Part shown: positions 28,303 through 37,321 of the stretch, piece after piece
How positions within the stretch are numbered: the first letter of the stretch is position 1
Layout: the number at the start of each line of letters is the position of its first letter
NCBI GenBank assembly: GCA_016839705.1
Contig: JAEOTR010000038.1
Location: 1 to 38,505 of the forward strand
DNA: 38,505 nt
Direction of reading: 5' to 3'
From: Promethearchaeota archaeon
GTDB lineage: Archaea; Asgardarchaeota; Lokiarchaeia; Sigyniarchaeales; SOKP01
The notes under the pieces: generated by a model
Told to the model about the DNA's origin: nothing
Seen by the model: only the letters and a program-made list of their open reading frames with translations
Databases searched by the model: none
Made by a program: the position numbers and the translations under genes

Positions 28303-28770
28303 ATGGCTCGAATAGAAATAAGCCCCTCTGAATGGAAAAATTATGTTGGAAAGGAACTAGGAACCTCTGATTGGTATGAAGTGACCCAAGAGGAGATAAA
28401 TGACTATGGAGAGATTGTAGGTGATATTCAGTGGATTCATGTCGACCCAGAGCGAGCTAAAAAAGAATCTCCTTATGGAAGAACAGTCGCACATGGTAAT
28501 TGGGTATTGTCTATCGCTTATTCGAAATTATTTTCACAATTATATACACCGATAAATACAAGGATGACGGTAAACTATGGTTGGAACAAGATTCGATTTC
28601 CAGCTCCAACACCTGTGGGCAAACGCATTAGGTTAATAGGAAAAGTTAATCAAGTTAAAGATGTTGGAAATGATGCATATGATGTTGAATTTGACTTTAA
28701 GATCTATGTTGAGGGTGAGTCAAAACCCTGTTTTGTAGCATTAAAACTTTCAAGGTTTTATTCTCTTTAA
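28303..28770 (+). CDS. MaoC-family (R)-specific enoyl-CoA hydratase/dehydratase
   Basis: GDIQWIHVDPERAK.ESPYGRTVAHG (D-x4-H dyad), NYGWNKIRFPAP. Starts 2 nt after the ACAD stop. Confidence 0.92.
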   Translation: MARIEISPSEWKNYVGKELGTSDWYEVTQEEINDYGEIVGDIQWIHVDPERAKKESPYGRTVAHGNWVLSIAYSKLFSQLYTPINTRMTVNYGWNKIRFPAPTPVGKRIRLIGKVNQVKDVGNDAYDVEFDFKIYVEGESKPCFVALKLSRFYSL

Positions 28771-28825
28771 AATAGAAATGTAAAGGTATTGAAGAAGAAA
28801 AACAAATAAGACTTGATAACCTGTT

Positions 28826-29278
28826 TTATTTTTTTATTTCTTCAACTTTTAAAATATAATGGCAAGTTCTTTGGTTATTAAGCGGGATACAATTTAAAAA
28901 CTTAGATTCAGTCGTCATTTGAGGAAATATTTCACTTAAAAATCCTCTCGTATAGGGAATACAAATATTTTCTTGAAAAACAGAACCTCTAGAAGGATTA
29001 TAAATCCCACCAATCGGGCAAAATTTTTTAGAATACTTTACACTCACATCATAAGTATGGTCATCTAATTTTTTTATCGTAGGTTTTCCATTTAAACCAG
29101 CGTAAAACTGCTTTAAAATGACTTCCATCTCTAATGATGACCCTCTATCTTTATAGAATTTACCTAACTTTGAACCAGATTTTACAGAAATTGCTCGGGG
29201 TAAATTATTTCCCCCAATCTCAATCATTTCTTTAATGTAGGCTTGAAAAAACTTTAAAACATCCTTATTTTTTGACAT
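28826..29278 (-). CDS. V4R / Bet3-like (methanogen output domain-like) protein with four conserved Cys
   Basis: Helical N-terminus with 'SGSKLGK', then FCPIGG...ENICIPYTRGFL...NCIPLNNQRTCHYIL, the C-P..C..G..C..C pattern of V4R-fold proteins. Confidence 0.6.
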   Translation of the reverse strand: MSKNKDVLKFFQAYIKEMIEIGGNNLPRAISVKSGSKLGKFYKDRGSSLEMEVILKQFYAGLNGKPTIKKLDDHTYDVSVKYSKKFCPIGGIYNPSRGSVFQENICIPYTRGFLSEIFPQMTTESKFLNCIPLNNQRTCHYILKVEEIKK

Positions 29279-29428
29279 TTTTGCTGAGCTTTCCTATTAT
29301 AATTTAAAAAATAATATAAAAAAACCTAATTCATCTTTAGTTTTTGAATATTTAATAATTTTTGTCAGAATTGTTTATAGAACAATAAATAATAATTTTA
29401 AAATTATTTATAAAAAATGTATTACTTA

Positions 29429-30220
29429 TTATTTGGCGATAAACTCGGGTTCTTTTTTATCGATTAGTGCTAAAACACCTCTTTTATAGTCTTCAGTTTC
29501 CGCGGATTTTATCTGCATTTGGCGTTCATTTTCAAGGTGTTCTTCCAAAGGGGTGCTTAATGCTTCGAAGAATAATTTTTTAGTTCTAGCATATGCTAAC
29601 GTTGGTCCATTAGCAAGACGTTGTGCCCATTGTAAAGTAACTTCTTCTAACTTCTCTGCAGATGTAATTTCATTAATAAGACCTAATTTATTCATCTCTT
29701 CTGCAGAATAAGTATCTCCAAAAAAAGCCATCTGAGTAGCTTGTTGCCAAGTAAGTTGACGACTTAACAGTATAGATCCCGCAAATCCAGGAATTAAAGC
29801 GAGTTTTGAAAAAGACTGCCTAAATCGTGCTTTATCGGATGCTATAATGAAATCACATGATAGAGCAAGGTTCATGCCTGCACCAACTGCCCAACCATTA
29901 ACCGCTGCAATAACAGGTTTAGGATACAGTCTTAGGAATAACGCAATTTTATAAAGGTTTTTGGTTAAATCATCCATTTCTTTTCCTGATGTACCATCCT
30001 CTATACTTGATTTAAACAATTTTATATCTCCACCAGCAGAAAATGCCCTACCAGAGCCAGTGATTATTACACATCTTACATCATTGTTTTTTTCAAGTGA
30101 TTCTAAGGATTCTAACAATTGTTTTGCCGTTTCTTTGTTTAAGGGATTTAAATTTTCAGGATCTATTAACTTTATCAATGCTATTTTATCTTCTATTTGT
30201 ACATCTATTTTATTTCCCAT
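29429..30220 (-). CDS. Enoyl-CoA hydratase/isomerase (PaaG-like clade) protein
   Basis: ITGSGRAFSAGGDI, PKPVIAAVNGWAVGAGMNLALSCD, FSKLALIPG, LANGPTLAY, TEDYKRGV..KKEPEF. Confidence 0.92.
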   Translation of the reverse strand: MGNKIDVQIEDKIALIKLIDPENLNPLNKETAKQLLESLESLEKNNDVRCVIITGSGRAFSAGGDIKLFKSSIEDGTSGKEMDDLTKNLYKIALFLRLYPKPVIAAVNGWAVGAGMNLALSCDFIIASDKARFRQSFSKLALIPGFAGSILLSRQLTWQQATQMAFFGDTYSAEEMNKLGLINEITSAEKLEEVTLQWAQRLANGPTLAYARTKKLFFEALSTPLEEHLENERQMQIKSAETEDYKRGVLALIDKKEPEFIAK

Positions 30221-30473
30221 TTCTACATCTTCTCAATTTTAGAATAATTTATCTATTTAACGAGTTTATTTAAAGTTATTATTAATCGTTTAAAAACCTT
30301 AATGCTACAGAGAAATAGATTATTCTCCAAGATTTTAATGTAAAGTTATTCTAATTTTTTAATCAGTCGATCAATAAAGACTCATTAATGGGTTATCATG
30401 AAAGTTTATTAAATTGTTTGCCCCAAGTGTAAACCACAGAAAGTTATTTAATTTAAAAAATATGAAAGAGTGA

Positions 30474-31139
30474 TTGTCAATGAAAAGGAAAAAACTTTCA
30501 ATGATAATTTTAATCGTCGGAATAGCTTTTTTAGTACTTGCTCCAATTTTAGGGTATACTTTGGATAAAACAACTCTCTTAGACAGAAAACCCATAACTA
30601 TTAATGAAGATAGTAGTGTAGGTTTACCAGAAGCATATGATTATGGATTTACATTACAAAGTTATCAAAAAGTCCGTATAGAATTTTCAGTTTATTATGC
30701 TAACGTTACAGCAACACTAAAAATTTTTGGGAGAGGATATTATGATCAACAAAAGGCTTTAAATAGTACCTCTCCAGGAGCTATGGTCGGTTTGGATTTT
30801 GTTTGGTCGCAATTTGCTTGGGGACAGACTCCTTCATCCCATACAGATGATGCAAACTCGAGAACAATCACCTACAACGGATATTGGTACATTGAATTTG
30901 CTGGAGATACAAATAATGATTATCTTATCTCAATACCTGGTTCTTATGTAGTTGTCGTTTATGGGGATAATGATGGACCAGCAACTAACACTGAAGTAAA
31001 ATTCAACATTGTCATTAAAATAGATGGTCCAGGAGATTACCTAGAAAAAATATTCTTTTATATCGGTGCTGGTGTAATCCTTGCTGCTCTATTGTTCATT
31101 TCTTTTGGTTATTACAAACAATTTAAGGGAGGTCGGTAA
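30474..31139 (+). CDS. Hypothetical membrane protein (TM, beta-sandwich, TM)
   Basis: Two terminal hydrophobic helices, beta-rich middle, NxT sequons. Its 3' end contains a GGAGG RBS for the next gene. Confidence 0.8.
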   Translation: MSMKRKKLSMIILIVGIAFLVLAPILGYTLDKTTLLDRKPITINEDSSVGLPEAYDYGFTLQSYQKVRIEFSVYYANVTATLKIFGRGYYDQQKALNSTSPGAMVGLDFVWSQFAWGQTPSSHTDDANSRTITYNGYWYIEFAGDTNNDYLISIPGSYVVVVYGDNDGPATNTEVKFNIVIKIDGPGDYLEKIFFYIGAGVILAALLFISFGYYKQFKGGR

Positions 31140-31141
31140 CT

Positions 31142-31606
31142 ATGGGAGAAGAAAAAGGCTTTTTTGATAGATTACCATTGATGGATAAGAACAAGGCCAC
31201 AAAATTTATTATATACGGTTTAGTAGCAGCTGTACTATTTGGTCTGATAATGATGATTAGTCGTTCAATTGCTCAAAACGCAGGCACATGGGAAAATTTA
31301 GAAAATCAGAGGAATGAAATAAATTATTGGAATGGTGATTATGGATACAATGACTATATTAGAAGGCAAGAAGAAATTGATGAAATAAGATATTGGATGG
31401 AATGGCAAGATGTAGTCTTTATGAATATTGCCAGAGTTGGAGTAAATATTTCATTAATTTTCATCCTTATAGGGTTTCTCAGTTTTGCTGTGAATGATAA
31501 AATCGATGAAAAAACAAGAAGGATCTCTTTAATCATTGCTGGACTAGTTCTGTTTGTACTTATGTTTACTACATTTTTCTCTTCAATATCTATAAGTGTA
31601 GCGTAA
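31142..31606 (+). CDS. Hypothetical 3-TM membrane protein, coupled to the upstream gene
   Basis: GGAGG RBS, 2-nt gap, three hydrophobic helices; followed by a long T run at about 31618-31628. Confidence 0.8.
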   Translation: MGEEKGFFDRLPLMDKNKATKFIIYGLVAAVLFGLIMMISRSIAQNAGTWENLENQRNEINYWNGDYGYNDYIRRQEEIDEIRYWMEWQDVVFMNIARVGVNISLIFILIGFLSFAVNDKIDEKTRRISLIIAGLVLFVLMFTTFFSSISISVA

Positions 31607-31778
31607 TTCTAAAAAAATTTTTTTTTTTTAATCTATTCAAGATTATCTAATGATTGGTTAACCAATTCAAATATTTCCTTTAAATACTAAAGTGCATTAG
31701 TAATATTAAGATGTTGACACTCAAGACATAAATTAAATTTAAAACCTAATTAAATAATAAAAATATGAGGTTGTTCCC

Positions 31779-32465
31779 GTGGGAGAAAATTATGAGAAAA
31801 TGTGGTCAATTCCATTAATAGGTGGAATAATAGCAATAATAGCAGTTTTAACACCGGTGGCTTCTTTTGATACAATGGGTGTAAGTTGGTACTGGTGGAT
31901 GTGGACTCTTTCGGTAATGGGTATAAGTGGTATGGGCTCTGAAGCTCTTTTTATAACTGAAGTGGATATCATGATTCCCTCTTTGATCACTACGGTTATT
32001 ATGATTCTCAATATAATTAGCCTTCTTTCTTTAGCTATTAAAACTAAAACAAGAAAGTTGGATACAAAAAATTTCGAATCTACCTCAATAATTATAGGTA
32101 TTTTACTTATTGGTATCACTATTTATTATTTAGTAACGATAGACTCTGCATTTTATGATGGACTAATAATAGAAGGAACTTCATTTCCCATGGGTTATCA
32201 TTTTTGGGAAGTATTTAGCCCAAGTTTTGGTGTCATTGGTCCATTCCTAAGCGCAGTTTTGACATTTATTGGGGCTGGGGTATTTCGATATTACTCAAAA
32301 AGAAGGGTGGAATTAACACCAATAAAAATGGGAACTTTTGAAGAAAGACGGCCAATAATAAAATCAGAGGGGGGATTAAATTTTTGCCCCGAATGTGGAC
32401 AAAAAATATTATCTACAGCTCAACGTTTTTGCATGAATTGTGGATTTGAACTTCAACAGATCTAA
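31779..32465 (+). CDS. Multi-pass (about 4 TM) membrane protein with C-terminal zinc ribbon
   Basis: Four hydrophobic segments; C-terminal FCPECG-x7-RFCMNCG. GAGGT RBS before the GTG start. Confidence 0.82.
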   Translation: MGENYEKMWSIPLIGGIIAIIAVLTPVASFDTMGVSWYWWMWTLSVMGISGMGSEALFITEVDIMIPSLITTVIMILNIISLLSLAIKTKTRKLDTKNFESTSIIIGILLIGITIYYLVTIDSAFYDGLIIEGTSFPMGYHFWEVFSPSFGVIGPFLSAVLTFIGAGVFRYYSKRRVELTPIKMGTFEERRPIIKSEGGLNFCPECGQKILSTAQRFCMNCGFELQQI

Positions 32466-32477
32466 TTTTAATTTAAT

Positions 32478-33314
32478 CTATTTATCTAAATAAACGGTCC
32501 ATTCTGCTTTCAATACAAAATATTGATCAATAGCATCTTTCATAGTTTGACGGCATACTTCAATTTCTTTAAGGGTTGGGGGATCAATTTGCTTCACTTT
32601 TTCAGCGATTTTTAACTCCCATCCCGTATTTTCTTTCACTTGTTCTACCGTAATATTTGGATGTAGGGCGTCTAGATAGGCTTCTTTTGTTTCAGGATCA
32701 AATTTCATAATACAGAAAGGTGTGACAATAACCTCTGGACCCGTATCAGGAGGGTAACCCGCTTTTATTCTGCTGTTATAACCTTCTAAATAACCTGGAT
32801 CGGTAATAAAATCTAATTTCTCGGGTAATCTCCGTTTTATATGGTCATCTATCATCCATATTAATCTTTTTGCCATGCCTGCAATTTCAGTAGCACCACC
32901 ACCTCCCGGTAAACGATAAATTGGCTTCTCGTATGGACCAACCACAGTAGTATTACAGTTTCCATACCTGTCAACCATGGAAGTACTCAATAATGCAACG
33001 GTTATTTCACCTCTTTGTAGTATAGATAAAGCATCGATGGAGTCTCCAACAAATAACGAATTCGGTACTAATACAGGATCACTAATCGAGTAAGGCATTT
33101 TGATTGGTCTTGGAAGCTCGTTTTGAAATTGACCTACTTCTAGCACAGCGAAAAGATCAGGGCAATGAAGTAACTTAGCCATGTGGACAGCAAGAAAAGG
33201 CCAGTGAAAAGCATTAAATATAATATCATCATTTCTAATCTGTCTGCATGCTGATACTAACATCATTTCAAAACCAGTATATTCTGTACAAAACTCCTTA
33301 TCTTTAGAATCCAT
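32478..33314 (-). CDS. Family I CoA-transferase, beta subunit (glutaconate CoA-transferase B-like)
   Basis: 'FAVLEVG' (catalytic Glu position), VDRYGNCNTT, RLPGGGGATEI, LDFITDPG, LHPNITVEQVKENTGW. Confidence 0.9.
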   Translation of the reverse strand: MDSKDKEFCTEYTGFEMMLVSACRQIRNDDIIFNAFHWPFLAVHMAKLLHCPDLFAVLEVGQFQNELPRPIKMPYSISDPVLVPNSLFVGDSIDALSILQRGEITVALLSTSMVDRYGNCNTTVVGPYEKPIYRLPGGGGATEIAGMAKRLIWMIDDHIKRRLPEKLDFITDPGYLEGYNSRIKAGYPPDTGPEVIVTPFCIMKFDPETKEAYLDALHPNITVEQVKENTGWELKIAEKVKQIDPPTLKEIEVCRQTMKDAIDQYFVLKAEWTVYLDK

Positions 33315-34239
33315 AATTCACAGCCCCCTGAATAATTGGTTTAGCTTTTAGAAATTTAACTTTATCCTTTCCTAAAACTTTCAGATATTCTTGTCGATCA
33401 TCAACTCCAGTTACCCACTTTTCAAGCCACTTCTCCCAATCTTCTATAGTTTTAGTTTCTTTAGCATAATTAAATCTATATTCTAAATCTGTGTAGTAAA
33501 AGCCTTGCATACTGCTTGGATGAGCACCCCAGGGTTCATATACGACAGCATCAACTTTATGAGCTCCAACAATTGTGCGTTCGGGAGATTCCATAATTAC
33601 GCTTTTATCCACGATTTGCTCTGTTGCAACTATAATTTTCTTACACGCATTAATTCCGTATTTAGTATCTCCTATTAATCCCCACATTTGGGCATTTCCT
33701 TCACTATCTGCCCGTTGAACCTGAATTACTCCAACATCAGGATTTATTGCAGGAACAACACATATTTCTTCCCCAGTGAACGGGCACTTTACTCTTGCAG
33801 CTTTTAATCCAACTTCTTTTGGATGATCATAAATACCAGTTCCGACTACCGAACGGATAGGGACAAATGGAATTCCCATATAACCAGCAAAAAAAGACAT
33901 GTTGATCATAAAAAGAGACTGTTCATTGTAAATTATCTTTTGGGGTATTCCCTCTTCCATTGAGCGCCTTAGATTATACGCAGGTTGAGGTCCGGTGCCA
34001 TTCCAACAATGTGAAGTGACTATATGATTTGTGACTCCCGCACCTATTAATTGGTCAAACATTATTCCACCCCCACACTTGGTCACTTTTAGATTTCGTT
34101 TATTCTGTCTGATTATTTCATGGGCTGCGGAAAAAGTCATCCCATTTCCAAAGCCACCAAAGAATACAAAATCATCATCATGAACTAATTTATTGATTGC
34201 CTCTTTCATAGACATTATTTTATCTGAGATTTTTTTCAC
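33304..34239 (-). CDS. Family I CoA-transferase, alpha subunit (glutaconate CoA-transferase A-like)
   Basis: KIMSMKEAI..VHDDD..FGGF, HEIIRQ, DQLIGAG, MGIPFVP, CPFTGE, PAINPDV..QRAD.EGN, PWGAHP. Overlaps the beta subunit by 11 nt. Confidence 0.92.
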   Translation of the reverse strand: MKKISDKIMSMKEAINKLVHDDDFVFFGGFGNGMTFSAAHEIIRQNKRNLKVTKCGGGIMFDQLIGAGVTNHIVTSHCWNGTGPQPAYNLRRSMEEGIPQKIIYNEQSLFMINMSFFAGYMGIPFVPIRSVVGTGIYDHPKEVGLKAARVKCPFTGEEICVVPAINPDVGVIQVQRADSEGNAQMWGLIGDTKYGINACKKIIVATEQIVDKSVIMESPERTIVGAHKVDAVVYEPWGAHPSSMQGFYYTDLEYRFNYAKETKTIEDWEKWLEKWVTGVDDRQEYLKVLGKDKVKFLKAKPIIQGAVNYGF

Positions 34240-34421
34240 CTTTATACTAAAGTTAAAGCTACTACATAATGAGATATTATATACTAAACTTTTAGACCAT
34301 TTATAAATTTATACGTTCCAATTAAACGTTTAAATTTCAGACTGAGATATCAATAATCTTTTAAAAAGATTAAATGAAAAAGTTAAAGTTAGAAAAAAGC
34401 ATAATATAATTAGAAAAAACC

Positions 34422-35336
34422 ATGAATTATGTAGTTGGAAATTTAGTTGAACCTGTATTTAGACCTCCCTCTGAGTGGGATGCTTTATTGATTGCAATAA
34501 CAAATGGATGCACTCATAAATGCACATTCTGCTCTATGTACAGATCAAAACAGTTCTCTATGCGTAAAGATATCGAAGAAATCAAAGATGATATTAAAAG
34601 AGCGGGAGCTTTTTATGGAAATCGAGTACGTAAAATATTTTTCGAAGATGGAAATGCTTTTGTTGTTAAACCCGAAATTCTTATTGAGTTAACAGAATAT
34701 GCTCATAAAATACATCCAAATCTCGAAAAAGTAAGTTCATATGCTCATGCCAAAGATATCCTTAAAAAATCCGATGAAGATTTAAAAAAATTAGCAGATG
34801 CTGGATTTACAATGGTTTATGTAGGCATTGAAAGTGGAGACGATGAGGTTCTTAAGGATTGTAAAAAAGGAGCCACACAAGATGATTACGCTCTGGCTGC
34901 TCAAAAATGTTATAAAACCGGAATTGCCTGGTCTGGTATTTTTCTATTAGGCCTTGCAGGAAATGATCCTGAAAAAAGTAGAAAACACGCAATTGAATCT
35001 GCTAAATTGATAAATAGAATGGCTCCACCGACTCCAATTGAATGGTATATATCCCCTTTAACATTAGGTGTTACTCCCGGAACCGAGTTGTGGACACAAA
35101 AATCAACAGGCGAATTCCACCCATGTACCAGTACTGAAATTCTTCAAGAATTATATACAATGATAGAATACACGTCGAATGATCTGGAGAAGTGTATTTT
35201 CAACTCAAATCACGCATCAAATTATGTTAGCTTAAAAGGAGAATTGGCAGAAGATAAAGAGACTTTCCTAAAGGTTGTTGAAGCAGGCATTAAATATCCA
35301 AATTTGCGCAGACCAGACTATCTTCGTGGGCTATAA
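34422..35336 (+). CDS. Radical SAM protein (RPPSE-type, no B12-binding domain)
   Basis: FRPPSE, GCTHKCTFCSMY (CxxxCxxC), YVGIESGDD, SNHASNY. Confidence 0.9.
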   Translation: MNYVVGNLVEPVFRPPSEWDALLIAITNGCTHKCTFCSMYRSKQFSMRKDIEEIKDDIKRAGAFYGNRVRKIFFEDGNAFVVKPEILIELTEYAHKIHPNLEKVSSYAHAKDILKKSDEDLKKLADAGFTMVYVGIESGDDEVLKDCKKGATQDDYALAAQKCYKTGIAWSGIFLLGLAGNDPEKSRKHAIESAKLINRMAPPTPIEWYISPLTLGVTPGTELWTQKSTGEFHPCTSTEILQELYTMIEYTSNDLEKCIFNSNHASNYVSLKGELAEDKETFLKVVEAGIKYPNLRRPDYLRGL

Positions 35337-35408
35337 ACATTCATATTCTTTTAATTTATAACTAAAAAATGAAAATATAAATATTATACCAATAATTAAA
35401 TAAGGAAA

Positions 35409-36611
35409 ATGAGTGAAACAAACGTTTCTTTTGATTTTGATCAAGTTATTGATCGAACTAAATCTAATTCAGCAAAGTGGGATAAGAAAGTTTTAGAAAA
35501 ACGTTTTGGTGACCCTGATTTATTACCTTTTTGGGTAGCCGATATGGATTTTAAAGCACCAGAACCTATCATCGAAAAACTAGTTCAAACAGCTGAATAC
35601 GGAATATATGGCTATTCGATTCTTCCTCCTTCATTTTTTGAATCTGTTCTAAGTTGGTTCAAGAGACGATATGAGTGGGATATAGATGAAAAATGGTTAA
35701 GTCAAACTCCAGGTGTTATCCCTGCGTTAGATGTTGCAGTTAATGCTTTTTGTAATTCTGGTGATAAAGTTATAGTGCAAAATCCGGTTTACTATCCTTT
35801 TTATCGTGTTATTGAAAATAATGGTTGTAGAATTCTTTTGAATCCTCTAAAGTTGTCTAATAACCATTATACCATGGATTTTGAAGATCTAGAGAAGAAA
35901 GTCAAAGATCCAAGAGCTAAAATGATAATATTATGCAATCCACATAACCCTATAGGTCGTGTATGGACTGAGGAGGAATTGAAACAACTGGGGGAAATTT
36001 GTATTCAAAACAAAATTTTAGTAGTCTCAGATGATGTTCACTGTGATTTAATCTTACCAGGGTATAAGTATACAAATTTTGCCATATTAAATGATGAGTT
36101 CACCCAGAACTCAGTTATATGTACTTCCACAAGTAAGACTTTCAATCTAGCGGGTTTAAAAATATCGAATATTGTAATTATAAACCAGAAATTACGTCAG
36201 ACATTTAAAAATACGCAAGCAAATTTCGGTGTCGGTGGTCCTAACCTTTTTGCTGTAGCAGCGATGGAAACTGCCTACAGCCATCAAACTTGTGAGAATT
36301 GGTTAGACGCTCTATTAGAGTATCTTAAAGGAAATTTGAATTTTTTAAGGAATTATATCAAGGAAAAAATCCCCAAAATAAAACTAATAGAACCCGAGGG
36401 GACTTATCTAGTTTGGCTTGATTGCCGAGAATTGAAACTGGAGCCCAATGAATTGGAAAAGTTTATGCGTGAGGATGCAAAATTAGCACTAGATGAGGGT
36501 TATATTTTTGGTCAGGGCGGGGAAGGATTTGAAAGGATCAATATTGCTTGCCCCAGATCAATCTTAAAACTAGCACTTAATAATATTACTACAGCCATAA
36601 GAAAAATGTAG
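35409..36611 (+). CDS. MalY/PatB-family PLP-dependent C-S lyase (cystathionine beta-lyase-like)
   Basis: FDFDQVIDR..SAKWD, LPFWVADMDF, PVYYPF, LCNPHNPIGRVW, SDDVH, SKTFNLAG (PLP Lys), PEGTYLVWLD, RINIACPR. Confidence 0.93.
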   Translation: MSETNVSFDFDQVIDRTKSNSAKWDKKVLEKRFGDPDLLPFWVADMDFKAPEPIIEKLVQTAEYGIYGYSILPPSFFESVLSWFKRRYEWDIDEKWLSQTPGVIPALDVAVNAFCNSGDKVIVQNPVYYPFYRVIENNGCRILLNPLKLSNNHYTMDFEDLEKKVKDPRAKMIILCNPHNPIGRVWTEEELKQLGEICIQNKILVVSDDVHCDLILPGYKYTNFAILNDEFTQNSVICTSTSKTFNLAGLKISNIVIINQKLRQTFKNTQANFGVGGPNLFAVAAMETAYSHQTCENWLDALLEYLKGNLNFLRNYIKEKIPKIKLIEPEGTYLVWLDCRELKLEPNELEKFMREDAKLALDEGYIFGQGGEGFERINIACPRSILKLALNNITTAIRKM

Positions 36612-36651
36612 AAAATTTCTAAGTAGAGGAAATAGATTATATCCAAGAATT

Positions 36652-36996
36652 TTAACTTGTTTTTCTTTTTTTAATTAAAGCGCCATAAACAATCAAGATA
36701 ATTCCAGCAATTAAAAAAACCAACTCTTCTACAAGTGAAGTGATATAACCTATTAAGAAAAGAATGTAGCCATTATTGTAAAGAAGCGCGCTTGTTATAA
36801 ACGAAATTAATGCCATAAATAAGAAAAAGATACCAAGCCCGATTAAATCAGTACTATTTTTGAATGAAAATCTCCTACGACCAAATTGCTCTCTCCACCT
36901 TTCTACAAATTTACTTGGTCTCCAACAATTCCAAAGAACAATAATAGAGCAAATTAGGGGCACAAAAGGCATAGTATAAATAAATATTATTAGCAC
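36652..36996 (-). CDS. Hypothetical 3-TM membrane protein; start uncertain
   Basis: Three hydrophobic helices with a basic loop and tail. The frame stays open a few codons upstream of the GTG with no clear ATG. Confidence 0.55.
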   Translation of the reverse strand: MLIIFIYTMPFVPLICSIIVLWNCWRPSKFVERWREQFGRRRFSFKNSTDLIGLGIFFLFMALISFITSALLYNNGYILFLIGYITSLVEELVFLIAGIILIVYGALIKKRKTS

Positions 36997-37321
36997 GAGT
37001 CCTTGTAGTATTATTTCGCAACACCTTTTTTAAACAATCATTAATATTAATTTTACTTCCTATAAAAAATTATTAATCGTCTGATTTCATTGAAAAATCC
37101 ATTAAAAAATAAAGTGCTATAAATCTATCTCAAAAAGCATTGAGTAAAATCACCTAAAATATGTTTATTTGAAGTATTATTTTTATTTTGACTTAAAAAT
37201 TATTTAAAAAAATGAAAAAGATTGGAACCTAAAATATCTTATTACCAAGTAATAGAAGAATGTTTATAAACCAAAAGGAATTTAAAACAGTAATTTCTGA
37301 ATCATATTTATTTGTTATATC

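Noticed and set aside
2356-34692. Other short nested or antisense ORFs in the track (2356, 6135, 7853, 11213, 11722, 11855, 16492, 17141, 18579, 19337, 20148, 21407, 22181, 23348, 23735, 24393, 26022, 29961, 30371, 31354, 31790, 34504)
   Set aside because: All overlap well-supported genes and have no recognisable motifs or RBS.
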